A DNA stretch of 34,933 bases from a virus: the IMG/VR virus record IMGVR_UViG_3300007165_000002. One strand, written 5' to 3'. Both the position numbers and the translations under genes were made by a program. Below, piece after piece: positions 17,278 through 23,599 of this stretch (positions within the stretch are counted from its first letter, which is position 1; each line of letters starts with the position of its first letter). The notes beneath the pieces were generated by a model, which saw only the letters and a program-made list of their open reading frames with translations, ran no database searches and was not told where the DNA came from.

Positions 17278-17529
17278 ATGGCCAAAAAGATTGTTTTCTA
17301 CTGTGGGTTTAATCCTAAGACTGGTTGCGGATACGTTCGCAATGGCCAGGCTTATCTTGAGATGGATGACTCGCAACGGGTGCAAGTGGTTCGGGACGTT
17401 ATCGCAGAGTTGTGCGATGAGTTGGACTTTCTTACTGAGCGGGCGCTTGGTTTAAGTACGCCATCAGTTTGTCCAGAGCCTCCTGATCAAACACCTCGCC
17501 GTGGTGACTCATCTGAAACGACCGCATAA
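17278..17529 (+). CDS. Orphan plus-strand ORF (83 aa) between terS and the 462-aa gene; hypothetical
   Basis: Strong SD (taAGGGGAattaagATG). The minus strand has no ATG anywhere in the 17175-17431 gap. The sequence is protein-like (QRVQVVRDVIAELCDELDFLTERA). Its last ~98 nt are antisense to the 3' end of 17432-18820. Confidence 0.45.
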   Translation: MAKKIVFYCGFNPKTGCGYVRNGQAYLEMDDSQRVQVVRDVIAELCDELDFLTERALGLSTPSVCPEPPDQTPRRGDSSETTA

Positions 17530-18820
17530 TTTGAGGGTCTTTTTTGCCCATCTGGCGCATCCGGCCAATGGTCTTGGGGAACATCAAGTCTACGGGGACG
17601 CCGGTGGTGCCACCGGTTGGACTGGCGATTCCACCCATGTATTGGCCAGGGATGCCCGCAGAATATGAACGGTGTGCAAAGTCAGGCGTCATGGTTTCCA
17701 GTGTTGGTTTGGCAGCAAACATGGTGCGGCCAGCCTCACCCTGAACCAGGCCAGGCTCTGACATTACCCGTGCCGTATCTTCCCAACGTGGGAAGCCCAT
17801 ATCCCTAAATTTAGCCTTGCTCATTGACTGCACGATGGCCGTCCGCAGGGCGCCAGGCGCAAACTCTTTACTGCCAGTGCTAATCAATTCCTCGATGTTG
17901 GGCGAGTCCACGCCCGCAAAATTAGCAAACGGATAACGCTTTTGGCCGGTCTTGGGGTCTTTCACCCAGGTGTTCCGAATGTCGGCGTTCAGTTGTTTGT
18001 AGGCGTCTTTGCTGACCCGCAGGGCCGGCAGTTGACGGATCATGCCCTCGGCCATGTGGTGGCTGAAGTCGATCCCCTGGGGAGACATACCCGTGAACAC
18101 CCCGACAACGTCCTCACCCTTTTGGGCAAACTTGCCAAGGTTGGCGGTCTTGCTCGACGCAGCAGCCGGCTCAGAGGCCCAGGCCACGCCCTGGCGGACG
18201 TTTTGCTCGATAGTTGGATAAAGGCGCCCGCCCTGCTGAGACACTATACTCGACAGGGGAACGCCGGCAATTTGACTGACATCACCGCCGACTGTGGATA
18301 AGTCACCCATTACAGGCACCAGGCGTTTACCAACCAGGCTCGATGGATCGATGGGGATTTCTCGCACCATCGTCAGCCCAGGTGTCGGCGTCACGATGTC
18401 TTGGCCACCAATCCGCATTTCCTCTCGGCGGCGCACCGCGGGGTTTTTGAGAGCCCCCTCGAATCGGGTGATGGCGGACTTTTCCGCAGACGTTAGGTTT
18501 GATGCTGCGCGGCCAGGATAGAGCAGTTCATTAAGGGGAATGCCTTTAAACTTGGTCATTCCCATAGGGCCGGCATAAGCCTCCGCTAGGGTGTTTTGGA
18601 TACGCTCATCGGCTGCGGCCTGTTCCGCAGTAGGTGTTCGGCCCTCCAACCGAGCGGCATATGCATCCGCAGACAGTTGGAGGTCTCGGTTGTGTTCGCC
18701 AGCCTGGTAGTTCAGTTGGTTTACAAACTGTTCCAACGTGCCACCAGGGTCAGCGGCGAACGCCTTCATCTTACGTTTGGCGGTGTTACCCGCACTGAAG
18801 ATGTCGGCCAGCAACGGCAT
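17432..18820 (-). CDS. Hypothetical protein (462 aa), cysteine-free, function unknown
   Basis: Long complete ORF, translationally packed behind the basic micro-protein genes. I recognise no motif in it. Confidence 0.85.
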   Translation of the reverse strand: MPLLADIFSAGNTAKRKMKAFAADPGGTLEQFVNQLNYQAGEHNRDLQLSADAYAARLEGRTPTAEQAAADERIQNTLAEAYAGPMGMTKFKGIPLNELLYPGRAASNLTSAEKSAITRFEGALKNPAVRRREEMRIGGQDIVTPTPGLTMVREIPIDPSSLVGKRLVPVMGDLSTVGGDVSQIAGVPLSSIVSQQGGRLYPTIEQNVRQGVAWASEPAAASSKTANLGKFAQKGEDVVGVFTGMSPQGIDFSHHMAEGMIRQLPALRVSKDAYKQLNADIRNTWVKDPKTGQKRYPFANFAGVDSPNIEELISTGSKEFAPGALRTAIVQSMSKAKFRDMGFPRWEDTARVMSEPGLVQGEAGRTMFAAKPTLETMTPDFAHRSYSAGIPGQYMGGIASPTGGTTGVPVDLMFPKTIGRMRQMGKKDPQIMRSFQMSHHGEVFDQEALDKLMAYLNQAPAQ

Positions 18821-18822
18821 GA

Positions 18823-18966
18823 TTACTTCTTAGCCTTCGCCTTTTTTGAAGCCTCACGCTTGACTGAATACGCAATAGCGACCGCCTGTTTGGGCGGCTT
18901 TCCTGCGGCGATTTCGGTCTTGACGTTCTTCTCAAACGCCTTTTTAGATGAGGACTTCTTCAGCAT
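18823..18966 (-). CDS. Small basic protein (47 aa)
   Basis: [47 protein letters not shown]. The KQAvAIAyS motif recurs in small phage proteins (recalled). The start at ATG 18966 lies 2 nt after the upstream stop. The track's longer N-extension overlaps the upstream gene. Confidence 0.6.
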   Translation of the reverse strand: MLKKSSSKKAFEKNVKTEIAAGKPPKQAVAIAYSVKREASKKAKAKK

Positions 18967-18968
18967 GG

Positions 18969-19118
18969 CTAGAAACAGGTTGTGTTGCAAGAGCCACCGT
19001 AACAACAGGTGGTGCAAGTCACAATTTTACCACCGGACATGATGGTGTGAGTAGTGCAAGCGGCATACACGGAGCCAGCAACGGCCATGGTGGCCAGGGC
19101 AATGATGAGTTTACGCAT
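18969..19118 (-). CDS. Secreted (Sec signal peptide or atypical lipobox) Cys/Thr-rich micro-protein (49-aa precursor)
   Basis: The sequence is [49 protein letters not shown]. It has a canonical n-h-c signal peptide. The SD GGGGA lies 7 nt upstream of ATG 19118. There are 6 Cys and 9 Thr in the ~30-aa mature part. The gene is tightly coupled to its neighbours. Confidence 0.65.
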   Translation of the reverse strand: MRKLIIALATMAVAGSVYAACTTHTIMSGGKIVTCTTCCYGGSCNTTCF

Positions 19119-19128
19119 GGTGAATCCC

Positions 19129-19302
19129 CTATTTTTTCTTTGCGGTTTTGGCACTTTGGCGGAAAGCCTCCGCAGTCGGTGCCCCTTTGGTACCTGGTGC
19201 CCTCATACGCTCTACCTTTTTGGCTCCAGATTCTTTTTGGCGCTCAATGCGCTCCCTCTTTGCCCAAATATTTGCGTACAAGCCAGGTTTAGAGGATTTC
19301 AT
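19129..19302 (-). CDS. Small basic protein (57 aa), below the ORF-track size cutoff
   Basis: Manual translation gives MKSSKPGLYANIWAKRERIERQKESGAKKVERMRAPGTKGAPTAEAFRQSAKTAKKK. ATGA overlap with the upstream stop at 19302-19304. Confidence 0.6.
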   Translation of the reverse strand: MKSSKPGLYANIWAKRERIERQKESGAKKVERMRAPGTKGAPTAEAFRQSAKTAKKK

Positions 19303-19586
19303 CAGCAGTTCCAGTTCTTGAGGGCCGCAGCCTTACGGGTGGGACGGCCTTGTTCATCTTTCATTGGCCCTTTGACCCCTGCCATGCGCGAGCAAAAACT
19401 TTTTTTACGAGCAGCGTCAGCCTTAGTTTTAGGGTTTGGAGCCGGAGGTTTAAGGTTTGAATTATTTTTCGCATTGTATTCAGCCCTTCCTTTTGCGGTC
19501 ATACCCGCTCCCTGCTCGGTCGGCTTGTAGTTCTTGCCCTTGCCGACAGTGGTCTTAGGGATGGGTTTATTCGTGGTCTTGGGCAT
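19302..19586 (-). CDS. Small basic protein (94 aa)
   Basis: MPKTTNKPIPKTTVGKGKNYKP...KKSFCSRMAGVKGPMKDEQGRPTRKAAALKNWNC. The SD GAGGAAGG precedes ATG 19586. 20-nt overlap with the GroES-like stop. Confidence 0.65.
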   Translation of the reverse strand: MPKTTNKPIPKTTVGKGKNYKPTEQGAGMTAKGRAEYNAKNNSNLKPPAPNPKTKADAARKKSFCSRMAGVKGPMKDEQGRPTRKAAALKNWNC

Positions 19587-19872
19587 GGCCTTCCTCGACA
19601 AAAACAACGTCCTTCCACGATAAGACAATCATCTCGGTTCCGTCAACATCTACTGTTGGAAACGTCAGATATTCGCCGCTGGTGCCGTAACGCACAATCT
19701 GGCCAATCTCACACGGGTTCGGGTGCAGGCGTCCTTTTCGGTCTACCTCGCCTGGGCCGACTGCCATCACTTCCCCGATGTTCGGGTGTTCCTGCATCAC
19801 TACTTCCAGAACGTGGCTCTTTATCCGGTTGATTGGCCGCACTACTATCTTGTCCCGCAACGGTCTGATCAT
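19567..19872 (-). CDS. groES: GroES/Cpn10-like co-chaperonin (101 aa)
   Basis: MIRPLRDKIVVRP...NIGEVMAVGPGEVDRKGRLHPNPCEIGQIVRYGTSGEYL...MIVLSWKDVVFVEE follows the GroES pattern (IRPL.DR..V....; G.V.AVGPG). The SD AGGGGA lies 5 nt before ATG 19872. The track's TTG start at 19890 is not needed. Confidence 0.75.
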   Translation of the reverse strand: MIRPLRDKIVVRPINRIKSHVLEVVMQEHPNIGEVMAVGPGEVDRKGRLHPNPCEIGQIVRYGTSGEYLTFPTVDVDGTEMIVLSWKDVVFVEEGHAQDHE

Positions 19873-20038
19873 GCTTTTCCCCTTTAGCAATAGAAATCAC
19901 GGTGGTTATGGCGTCTATTGGAATCGAACGAAACTCCCCGCACCACATTCCAGCCTGTTTTGTAACGTGTTCGGGGAACCGGCGGCAATAGCCCATCCGG
20001 TTGTCCCCAACGTAAAACTGACAAGTTCCGCAAGTCAC
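19709..20038 (-). CDS. Zn-ribbon-like protein with basic AT-hook-like tail (109 aa, GTG start); its C-terminal half overlaps the GroES-like gene out of frame
   Basis: The N-terminus MTCGTCQFYVGDNRMGYCRRFPEHVTKQAGMWCGEF (CxxC...C...WCGEF) is a recurring small phage protein motif. GTGA coupling to the upstream gene. There is no in-frame stop until 19709. The tail contains RPRRGRPKRTP. Confidence 0.55.
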   Translation of the reverse strand: MTCGTCQFYVGDNRMGYCRRFPEHVTKQAGMWCGEFRSIPIDAITTVISIAKGEKHDQTVAGQDSSAANQPDKEPRSGSSDAGTPEHRGSDGSRPRRGRPKRTPAPEPV

Positions 20039-20391
20039 GACAGATTTTCGAGTTTGTAAACCGTGGTGTTGATCAAGTCCATGATCGCGTCCACGGTGTT
20101 CTGAAGTTCGGAGTCTTGGGGCAGATGTTCCCTGGATTCCTCGACAAACTGTTGGAGCCCTTTGAAATACTTCTTGGGGCTTTTTTCAAATTCGTATTCC
20201 TCATCAAACGTGCCGACCTGGCCATACTTGCCCATGTAGGACTCCGCCAGGTCATCGGTCAGGGGAATGATGCCCTCGTAATACTTTTGGAGGGCTTTGT
20301 GTTCCGCATAGTTTTTGGTCTGCCAGTGCTGGATGTGGGCGCAAGTGGCCGAGTGCAGCAAAACTAGCAAAAACGCTTCGCAGTCTTTCAT
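20035..20391 (-). CDS. Dps/ferritin-like four-helix-bundle protein (118 aa)
   Basis: LLHSATCAHIQHWQTKNYAEHKALQKYYEGIIPLTDDLAESYMGKYG parallels the Dps ferroxidase pattern (H..HW....F..LH...e.Y.......D..AE). The start at ATG 20391 lies just after the upstream stop; an alternative start is 20430. Confidence 0.5.
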   Translation of the reverse strand: MKDCEAFLLVLLHSATCAHIQHWQTKNYAEHKALQKYYEGIIPLTDDLAESYMGKYGQVGTFDEEYEFEKSPKKYFKGLQQFVEESREHLPQDSELQNTVDAIMDLINTTVYKLENLS

Positions 20392-20395
20392 GGTG

Positions 20396-20698
20396 TCACT
20401 CTGTGGGTTGTGATGATAAGCAATATACATTCACGCGCTTCGGGCCGAAAGTGCAAACCGCATCGGATGTGCCCGAAATGTGAATTTTGTTTTCCCGCAG
20501 CAGTTTCCAAAGAACCGACTTGATGGAATTGCGCTTGGCGCCGATGCGCGGAACGATGATGCCCAACGGCTGCGGCCCCTCGGCCAGAACGGTCAGGATG
20601 TCTTTTGCTAGGTTGGATCGTCTTTTCATCCCGTTATTATAAACGGTTTGTCGGGGAGCGGGTGTGTGTGCTGACCGAATCTTGCTTGCTTGATTCAT
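20396..20698 (-). CDS. Winged-helix DNA-binding protein (100 aa)
   Basis: LAKDILTVLAEGPQPLGIIVPRIGAKRNSIKSVLWKLLRENKIHISG has wHTH character. ATGA overlap with the rusA stop. Confidence 0.55.
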   Translation of the reverse strand: MNQASKIRSAHTPAPRQTVYNNGMKRRSNLAKDILTVLAEGPQPLGIIVPRIGAKRNSIKSVLWKLLRENKIHISGTSDAVCTFGPKRVNVYCLSSQPTE

Positions 20699-21066
20699 TT
20701 GGCGTCCGCCCCCCAGGTAATTTTAACCATGCCTCCAACGCGATCAGCCTTATGGATTGTGAGCCTAAAGCGCTTATCGTTGACGCCCCACGCCTCCGCA
20801 ACACCGTCCAGGCCAGACTTGATGGACGCAAGACAGTTATCAAGGTCATGGGCGCGCTTGTTTGGTGGTACAAACTCGATGTCCAGGCTGATTGGTCCTT
20901 CTTCCGGCCACACGGGTTTGGTCTGTTTGGCCAACATATAGCAGTTGAGCCGGTATTTCTTTTTGGCGCTGGCCACCACGGCCCAATGCTCACGGGCGTT
21001 GGGGGACAATGGCCTGGGGGGCCAGGGCAGCACCAGTTTATTTTGTGAGTTTGTCGATTGTGTCAT
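20695..21066 (-). CDS. rusA: RusA-family Holliday junction resolvase (123 aa)
   Basis: LVLPWPPRPLSPNAREHW...KKKY.. and HDLDNCLASIKSGLDGV match RusA motifs. Confidence 0.8.
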   Translation of the reverse strand: MTQSTNSQNKLVLPWPPRPLSPNAREHWAVVASAKKKYRLNCYMLAKQTKPVWPEEGPISLDIEFVPPNKRAHDLDNCLASIKSGLDGVAEAWGVNDKRFRLTIHKADRVGGMVKITWGADAK

Positions 21067-21295
21067 TCAAAACGCTCAGTTCAGTTTTTTTCATTACGTT
21101 CCAGATTCGGCGTTGACCGTGGATGCCGTTGTGGGCGCCCTGGTGGCAGTCCTTACATAGCGGTATACAGAGGAATTGCTTACCTTGCTCGATGTGGTGG
21201 GCATCGCTTGGGCCGGATGCTCCGCACACTCCGCAGGGCATCTCTTTAACGGCGGCCAGGTGCCGTCTTTCGCGGGCGGTCAGTTTGTTGTTCAT
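21038..21295 (-). CDS. Ref-like RecA-dependent HNH nuclease (85 aa from ATG 21295; start uncertain)
   Basis: LTARERRHLAAVKEMPCGVCGASGPSDAHHIEQGKQFLCIPLCKDCHQGAHNGIHG matches the recombination-enhancement (Ref / RecA_dep_nuc) family pattern. The track's longer N-extension looks non-protein-like. Confidence 0.7.
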   Translation of the reverse strand: MNNKLTARERRHLAAVKEMPCGVCGASGPSDAHHIEQGKQFLCIPLCKDCHQGAHNGIHGQRRIWNVMKKTELSVLNDTIDKLTK

Positions 21296-21512
21296 CTTTT
21301 GGTTTGATATTAGCCCTACGTTCGCAGCGCCCCACACACCCGCAGTTGGGGTCGGTTCGTATGTCTGGAGCAGTCCCGTACTTCTTCGCCATATCGTCCG
21401 CATAATTTTTGCGGAGAATCTTGCAGGGTTCATGGTCAATTAGCCTCTGTCTGCACCCTGGGCACCCCAGGTCGAACGTATAACGGTGGGTTAGGCAGTA
21501 TTCGCAGTTCAT
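21246..21512 (-). CDS. Cys-rich (Zn-binding?) small protein (88 aa)
   Basis: MNCEYCLTHRYTFDLGCPGCRQRL...PNCGCVGRCERR. ATGA overlap with the upstream stop. The 3' end overlaps the Ref-like start by ~50 nt. Confidence 0.55.
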   Translation of the reverse strand: MNCEYCLTHRYTFDLGCPGCRQRLIDHEPCKILRKNYADDMAKKYGTAPDIRTDPNCGCVGRCERRANIKPKDEQQTDRPRKTAPGRR

Positions 21513-21889
21513 GCGGCCTTCATAGCGCCCCGTAGAACCGCCGCCTTAAATTCCTGGGGGTGAGCATAGTCAGATTCACGGATGCCCAGTTCGCGGCCTT
21601 TGGCAACGATTCCTGGCCAGGTCTCATGCCACTCTTTTCCATCGACCACGCCAGGCAACGTGACCTTGAGTTCATCGTCCCACCGTTCTTGGCGCAGCCA
21701 GGTCGCAGGGTATGGGATGAATTGACCGTCATTCTTGCGCCACTGGTCGCTCTTGGCCTGGGCCTCGATGGCCGCGAGCAGCGTGTTGAAGTCAGGCCGG
21801 ATGGCCTCGGTCTGGCTCCAGGCTTTGCGGGCGTCACCCTTTGCAACTTTCTTGGGGTACGCCTTCCAGAACGTGTCGAATTCAGTCAC
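21509..21889 (-). CDS. Conserved phage protein with FWxxYPKK / WLxxxRWDDE motifs (126 aa from GTG 21889; alternative ATG 21922)
   Basis: TEFDTFWKAYPKKVAKGDARKAW...GQFIPYPATWLRQERWDDE is a motif pair common in phage replication/recombination modules (recalled). The SD AAGGAG lies 8 nt upstream of GTG 21889. GTGA overlap with the small TM ORF. Confidence 0.65.
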   Translation of the reverse strand: MTEFDTFWKAYPKKVAKGDARKAWSQTEAIRPDFNTLLAAIEAQAKSDQWRKNDGQFIPYPATWLRQERWDDELKVTLPGVVDGKEWHETWPGIVAKGRELGIRESDYAHPQEFKAAVLRGAMKAA

Positions 21890-22011
21890 GCGTTGATCTC
21901 CTTTAATTTGGCAAGTGTCCATCGGACTCCATGCTGATAACCAAACGCAAAACTCGTTCCGCATACGCCAACAAGAACAATAAAAATTAGAAAGAAGTCG
22001 GTTGTGTTCAT
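21886..22011 (-). CDS. Small single-TM protein (41 aa), below the ORF-track cutoff
   Basis: Manual translation gives MNTTDFFLIFIVLVGVCGTSFAFGYQHGVRWTLAKLKEINA. ATGA overlap with the upstream stop (22008-22011) and GTGA overlap with the downstream start. Confidence 0.45.
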   Translation of the reverse strand: MNTTDFFLIFIVLVGVCGTSFAFGYQHGVRWTLAKLKEINA

Positions 22012-22406
22012 GTGTTCTTCTCCTTTAGTTTGGCTTCGATAGCATTCCCAACGCAAACCATGTATTCGCCTCGATATGTAGTGATTTGATCAACGACTTC
22101 CATGATCTCCTCATCCGTCAGACCAACCCACTGGCGCTGTGCTGCGGGTGGGGTGGTGTAAAGCGGACGCACGTTGAAGCCCTTTCCCCGCTCGATGTCC
22201 TCGTAATCTTGAGTTGTCCAGTTGAGCATGACTTCATCGCGGTTGTCGGAGTTCAAAAAGTCATACAGCCACGCCACAGGCTCTTGCTTCTCTGCCTCTG
22301 CGATGGCTTGGCGTAGTGCGGTAACTGCCTCATAACTTATGATTGCCTGCTCATCGTTTATCCACTTCAAAGCCTCCAATGCTTGCTTCATTGCTGAGAT
22401 GCTCAT
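22008..22406 (-). CDS. Hypothetical protein (132 aa)
   Basis: Complete ORF. The motifs ALEAL...QAIAEAEKQEPVAW and WVGLTDEEI are common in phage early proteins of unknown function. Confidence 0.75.
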   Translation of the reverse strand: MSISAMKQALEALKWINDEQAIISYEAVTALRQAIAEAEKQEPVAWLYDFLNSDNRDEVMLNWTTQDYEDIERGKGFNVRPLYTTPPAAQRQWVGLTDEEIMEVVDQITTYRGEYMVCVGNAIEAKLKEKNT

Positions 22407-22567
22407 GTATCACCTCTTACTATTGAGGTTTCTGGCTTAGTCTCAAGACTTAGCAATTCCTCGGCAAACCCCAGCAGTTTGTCGCTATCCCTAAACGTCC
22501 ACCGGCCAAAGTCATCCCAATCGCCATGCTTCTCGGCTAGTTCAAAAATTTCCTGGTCAGTCATCAT
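22403..22567 (-). CDS. Small acidic protein (54 aa; start 22567 or 22564)
   Basis: MMTDQEIFELAEKHGDWDDFGRWTFRDSDKLLGFAEELLSLE. The SD AGGGGA lies just upstream. The track's longer form overlaps the upstream gene. Confidence 0.6.
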   Translation of the reverse strand: MMTDQEIFELAEKHGDWDDFGRWTFRDSDKLLGFAEELLSLETKPETSIVRGDT

Positions 22568-22832
22568 TTCCCCTTTCGCGTATCCGCTTCGATAGTTCGT
22601 TATTCCCTGCATAGTCACTGAGTTTGGCGCACTCGGCTCGTTCGTACTCGACCGCCTTCTTGATGGCCCGGATCATGTACTCCGAGGCGTTTTGTTTGAG
22701 GTCGTGAATGATCACGCTGGCAAACTGGTTGAGTTGTCCAGATGACGCGACCCACATGGGCTTGATGAGGTCACCGGAGGTGCGAGTCATCCCGCAGCCG
22801 TGAGCCAGTTCCTCGATTTGGTTGATGTCCAT
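22557..22832 (-). CDS. Hypothetical protein (91 aa), possibly translated from a leaderless mRNA
   Basis: Complete ORF. ATG 22832 lies 7 nt downstream of a -10-like TAAACT. Confidence 0.7.
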   Translation of the reverse strand: MDINQIEELAHGCGMTRTSGDLIKPMWVASSGQLNQFASVIIHDLKQNASEYMIRAIKKAVEYERAECAKLSDYAGNNELSKRIRERGNDD

Positions 22833-22839
22833 GCCTTGC

Positions 22840-22868
22840 AGTTTACGGTCAATTTAAACCGTTTGCAA
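22840..22868 (-). promoter_or_regulatory. Candidate leftward promoter overlapping operator copy A
   Basis: Minus strand reads TTGCAA (22868-22863), a 17-nt spacer, then TAAACT (22845-22840). The first 14 nt, TTGCAAACGGTTTA, are identical to the rightward early promoter. Confidence 0.5.
22852..22868. promoter_or_regulatory. Operator-like 17-bp near-palindrome, copy A
   Basis: ATTTAAACCGTTTGCAA. It shares the 12-mer AACCGTTTGCAA with copies B and C. Confidence 0.6.
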
Positions 22869-22869
22869 G

Positions 22870-23052
22870 TTAGGGATTTGTTTTGCGCAGACAGGCTTCG
22901 CACTTCCATCTGCGGTTCATTCCGCCGTTAAAGGAGCGCCACTGGCCGCCCATGACCGAGCGGTATTGTTGGCAGTTGGAGCAGTATCGTTGTCCGGTTG
23001 CGCCTTCGACCAGCGCGGTTGTTTTGGTTTCGGGTCTGACTTTGTTCTGCAT
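22870..23052 (-). CDS. Zn-ribbon protein (60 aa from ATG 23052); a possible N-terminal extension up to 23325 is unsupported
   Basis: MQNKVRPETKTTALVEGATGQRYCSNCQQYRS...RRWKCEACLRKTNP (CxxC...CxxC). A purine-rich stretch (aaGAGaaaag) precedes ATG 23052. Confidence 0.55.
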   Translation of the reverse strand: MQNKVRPETKTTALVEGATGQRYCSNCQQYRSVMGGQWRSFNGGMNRRWKCEACLRKTNP

Positions 23053-23514
23053 CTTTTCTCTTTTGACAATACTTTCCCAAGGGGTGGTAGCCGACCACCT
23101 CCGTCCCAGAGTTGCGAATGTAGCACTCCCAGACAACGCATGACGCAGCGATTCATTCATCAAAGGTCTTGTCCCACCGCTTTCCCTTTGACTACTCCAG
23201 TCCCTCGCTGACAGGCTGGAACCCAAACACGGGGTGCAATGCTGGGTGTCTTTTCTTCCGCGCAGCCGATTCAGGCCCGTTGCTATCGGGCGGAGTCCGG
23301 TCATCGGAAATAAAAAAGCCCGCATAAGACTAGAGCGTGGCTCTTGGCATGAGCAGATTTGGAGCCAATGAGTTCGGAACGCAAGGTTTTTTGAAACTCA
23401 TCAGTTACAAAACTACACACGCCCTAGACTTATACGGGCTTGCGCTTGCGTTCCTAGTTTTTGGTTCCACCGGCTGCCACACCGATGACGAGGTCAAGTA
23501 TAGCACCGATTACG

Positions 23515-23529
23515 GTTTGCAACGCAAAC
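23515..23529. promoter_or_regulatory. Related palindrome GTTTGC-aac-GCAAAC (possible auxiliary operator)
   Basis: Perfect 6-bp inverted repeat. It contains the GTTTGCAA half-site of the 17-bp motif and lies ~55 bp upstream of copy B. Confidence 0.35.
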
Positions 23530-23582
23530 ACCTGAAAAGATAGGGGTTTTCCCTAAAAATGCAAAAAAACTCCAAAAAGTAG

Positions 23583-23599
23583 TTGCAAACGGTTTACAA
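23583..23599. promoter_or_regulatory. Operator-like 17-bp near-palindrome, copy B
   Basis: TTGCAAACGGTTTACAA, with half-sites TTGCAAAC / TTGTAAAC. It overlaps the -35 and spacer of the early promoter. Confidence 0.6.

Noticed and set aside
19876-19890. Possible frameshift site (AAAGGGGAAAAG) that could fuse the Zn-ribbon ORF to the GroES-like frame
   Set aside because: In the zero frame it is not an X XXY YYZ heptamer. The same bases are well explained as the SD of the GroES-like gene.
19915-19935. tRNA-like T-loop sequence (cgTTCGATTcc on the minus strand)
   Set aside because: The flanking bases do not form a T-stem, and no acceptor, D or anticodon arms can be drawn. It lies inside a coding ORF.
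23053-23325. N-terminal extension of the Zn-ribbon ORF to 151 aa (track ORF 22870-23325)
   Set aside because: There is no SD at ATG 23325 or 23304. The extension is rich in AGA/AGG/CGG codons and R/S/G residues, whereas ATG 23052 has a purine-rich leader. The call is kept open in a finding because the frame is uninterrupted.
23337-23543. 68-aa plus-strand ORF in the control region
   Set aside because: It has a GTG start without an SD, no recognisable promoter upstream, and lies upstream of the early promoter. One hydrophobic stretch is not sufficient evidence.
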